Source: Cyanophyceae cyanobacterium
GTDB lineage: Bacteria; Cyanobacteriota; Cyanobacteriia; Cyanobacteriales; JBHJGN01
Assembly: GCA_050331735.1 (NCBI GenBank)
Contig: JBHJGN010000056.1
Span: 1-60,782 of the forward strand
Direction of reading: 5' to 3'
DNA length: 60,782 bases
The notes below the pieces were generated by a model. That model had not been told where the DNA came from, made no database searches, and saw only the letters and a program-made list of their open reading frames with translations. How positions within the stretch are numbered: position 1 is the stretch's first letter; the number at the start of each line of letters is the position of its first letter. Position numbers and translations under genes: made by a program. This document shows positions 58,700 to 60,782 of the stretch, piece after piece.

Positions 58700-60751
58700 C
58701 TACGCAATACTAGAGACAATAACAAAGCTCAAAACCGCCGCAAACACGATCAGCGCATAAAATTGAGCGCGACCGTTTTCGAGGTACTTCAAGCCTTCTC
58801 CACTGACGATTGCTGCTAAACCCGTGAGGTTAACGGCTCCGTCCACAACTTTATAGTCCACTTCCATGATCTGGCGAGCCAGACGGCGCATTCCTTTAAC
58901 AAAGAGAAAGTCGTAAACTTCGTCAAAGTACCACTTCTGGGAAAACAGCCGATCGAGCGCTGGAAAACGCTGGGCGATCGCCGCCGCATCGATTTTGCCC
59001 TGGAGGTACATCAGCGACGCAACGGTGATGCCAATCAGAGCCACGCCGACAGAACTTCCCGCCATAATCAAAAACTCGCTCCAGTCGAAGTGAGACGCTT
59101 CAATGACGGCTTCTCCCGGAGGATGAATAAACTCTTCAAAATAGTTCGCCCAGGGTCGGCCAATCCAGCCAATCGCAAACGACGGTACGGCCAACAGCAG
59201 TAGTGGCAGAGTCATCGTCAGCGGTGATTCGTGAGGGGAATCACTGTGACCGTGAGCCTCTGCTTCATGACCGTGAGCTTCGAGCTCCTTCACATCCATT
59301 GCTCCAGGACCAAAAGCAGGCTGCATCATTGCTGCATCCTCCATTAAGGACTTGCGGATCGAGGTGTCGTTGCCTCGGAAATCCCCCTCGAAGGTCATGA
59401 AGTACATCCGGAACATATAGAATGCCGTTAGACCAGCGGTGAACCAGCCGATGAACCACAGAGCCGGATTGGCCTCAAACGCCAGTCCCAAAATTTCATC
59501 TTTCGACCAGAAGCCAGCAAACGGAGGAATCCCACAAATAGCGAGCGTCCCAATTAGGAACGTGAGCTGGGTAATCGGCATGAATTTCCGCAAATTCCCC
59601 ATCAGGCGCATGTCCTGAGCCAGAGTTGGATTATGACCTACCACCGCTTCCATCCCGTGAATTACCGAGCCAGAACACAGGAACAGCATTGCTTTGAAGT
59701 AAGCGTGAGTCATCAGGTGAAATAGCCCAGCACTGTAAGCTCCAATACCCATCGCCATTACCATATACCCAAGCTGGGAAATGGTGGAGTAGGCTAGGCC
59801 TTTTTTGATGTCATTTTGAGTGAGAGCAATGGTGGCTCCGAGAAAGGCGGTAAAGGCTCCTGTCCAGGCAATGATGCTCATCGCCTCGGGAATTGGTTCA
59901 AACACCGGATACATTCGGGCAATCAGGAAGACCCCTGCCGCTACCATAGTGGCAGCGTGAATCAGGGCCGAAATCGGAGTCGGACCTTCCATCGCGTCCG
60001 GGAGCCATACCTGTAGCGGGAACTGAGCTGATTTCGCCACTGGACCCAAAAAGACCAAAATGGCAAACAGAGCCGCTAGGGCGCCGCTAATGGCTCCGGT
60101 GGCCACTAGATCTTGCAGCCGTTCGCCCATCACGTCAAATTCAAAGCTGCCGGTTGCCCAGTACAGCCCCAACATCCCTAGCAGAAGACCAAAGTCACCG
60201 ACTCGGTTCGTCACAAACGCTTTTTGGCAAGCATCAGCCGCCGCGCGGCGGTCGTACCAAAAGCCGATCAGCAGGTAGGAACACATACCCACCAGTTCCC
60301 AAAAAATGTAAACCTGAACCAGATTGGGGCTGACGACTAAACCCAACATGGAAGCGCTAAACAGGCTCAAGTAGGCATAGAAACGCACGTACCCCGGATC
60401 GTGAGCCATGTAGCCATCGGTATAGATCATCACCAGGAAAGCTACGGTGGTGACAATGACAAGCATTAACGAAGTCAGCGGGTCGATGGTATATCCCATC
60501 GATAAATGAAAATTCCCGGCAGCGGCCCACTCGACGGTGCGAGTGACCGCTTCATGTCCGTGAATTTGGCTCCACAGAAGCGCAAAGGAGAGCGCCATCG
60601 CCCATCCCAAGAGGGAGACGATGAAAGCAGCGTTCACCTGTCGCAGGCGAGCCGTTGCTTTGCCAAAGGAGATTAGCCCTATTCCAACGATTGTGGCTCC
60701 GACCAGGGGCAGAACTGGAATGAGCCAGGCATATTGATAAAGCGGTTCCAT
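58700..60751 (-). CDS. ndhF1: NAD(P)H-quinone oxidoreductase subunit 5 (NdhF1)
   Basis: YAWLIP, WELVG, KSAQFPL, WLPDAMEGPTP, HAYFKAMLF, GRAQFY. Confidence 0.97.
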   Translation of the reverse strand: MEPLYQYAWLIPVLPLVGATIVGIGLISFGKATARLRQVNAAFIVSLLGWAMALSFALLWSQIHGHEAVTRTVEWAAAGNFHLSMGYTIDPLTSLMLVIVTTVAFLVMIYTDGYMAHDPGYVRFYAYLSLFSASMLGLVVSPNLVQVYIFWELVGMCSYLLIGFWYDRRAAADACQKAFVTNRVGDFGLLLGMLGLYWATGSFEFDVMGERLQDLVATGAISGALAALFAILVFLGPVAKSAQFPLQVWLPDAMEGPTPISALIHAATMVAAGVFLIARMYPVFEPIPEAMSIIAWTGAFTAFLGATIALTQNDIKKGLAYSTISQLGYMVMAMGIGAYSAGLFHLMTHAYFKAMLFLCSGSVIHGMEAVVGHNPTLAQDMRLMGNLRKFMPITQLTFLIGTLAICGIPPFAGFWSKDEILGLAFEANPALWFIGWFTAGLTAFYMFRMYFMTFEGDFRGNDTSIRKSLMEDAAMMQPAFGPGAMDVKELEAHGHEAEAHGHSDSPHESPLTMTLPLLLLAVPSFAIGWIGRPWANYFEEFIHPPGEAVIEASHFDWSEFLIMAGSSVGVALIGITVASLMYLQGKIDAAAIAQRFPALDRLFSQKWYFDEVYDFLFVKGMRRLARQIMEVDYKVVDGAVNLTGLAAIVSGEGLKYLENGRAQFYALIVFAAVLSFVIVSSIA

Positions 60752-60782
60752 TACAAATGCCTACTTTATATTTCTTCACTAT

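Overview
Cyanobacterial chromosomal DNA, based on abundant HIP1 GCGATCGC sites and psbI, psbP, psb34, ccaA, kaiABC, atpD/atpC and ndhF1/ndhD1. The right two-thirds is mostly housekeeping. Two regions stand out. (1) 1-10390: a compact operon encodes DUF928, a CHASE2 class III cyclase with guanylyl-cyclase-type (Cya2-like) specificity residues, an MBL-fold hydrolase and an MscS channel fused to a cNMP-binding domain. It is bracketed by two paralogous, apparently secreted PPC-TPR proteins; the complete one ends in a CHAT protease domain. This looks like a self-contained sensing, cGMP synthesis, degradation and gated-channel circuit. (2) About 17.7-22.7 kb: an AT-rich, HIP1-free island encodes a 184-aa protein ending in a GG-preceded hydrophobic tail, followed by two cupin+HEAT-like proteins, one with a 3-His (HDH...H) metal site and one without. 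This is a candidate novel peptide-modification (RiPP-like) system. Features missing from the ORF track were added by hand: a truncated TPR gene at 1-885, psbI, psb34 and tRNA-Arg(CCG). All family assignments come from motif recognition, not database searches.
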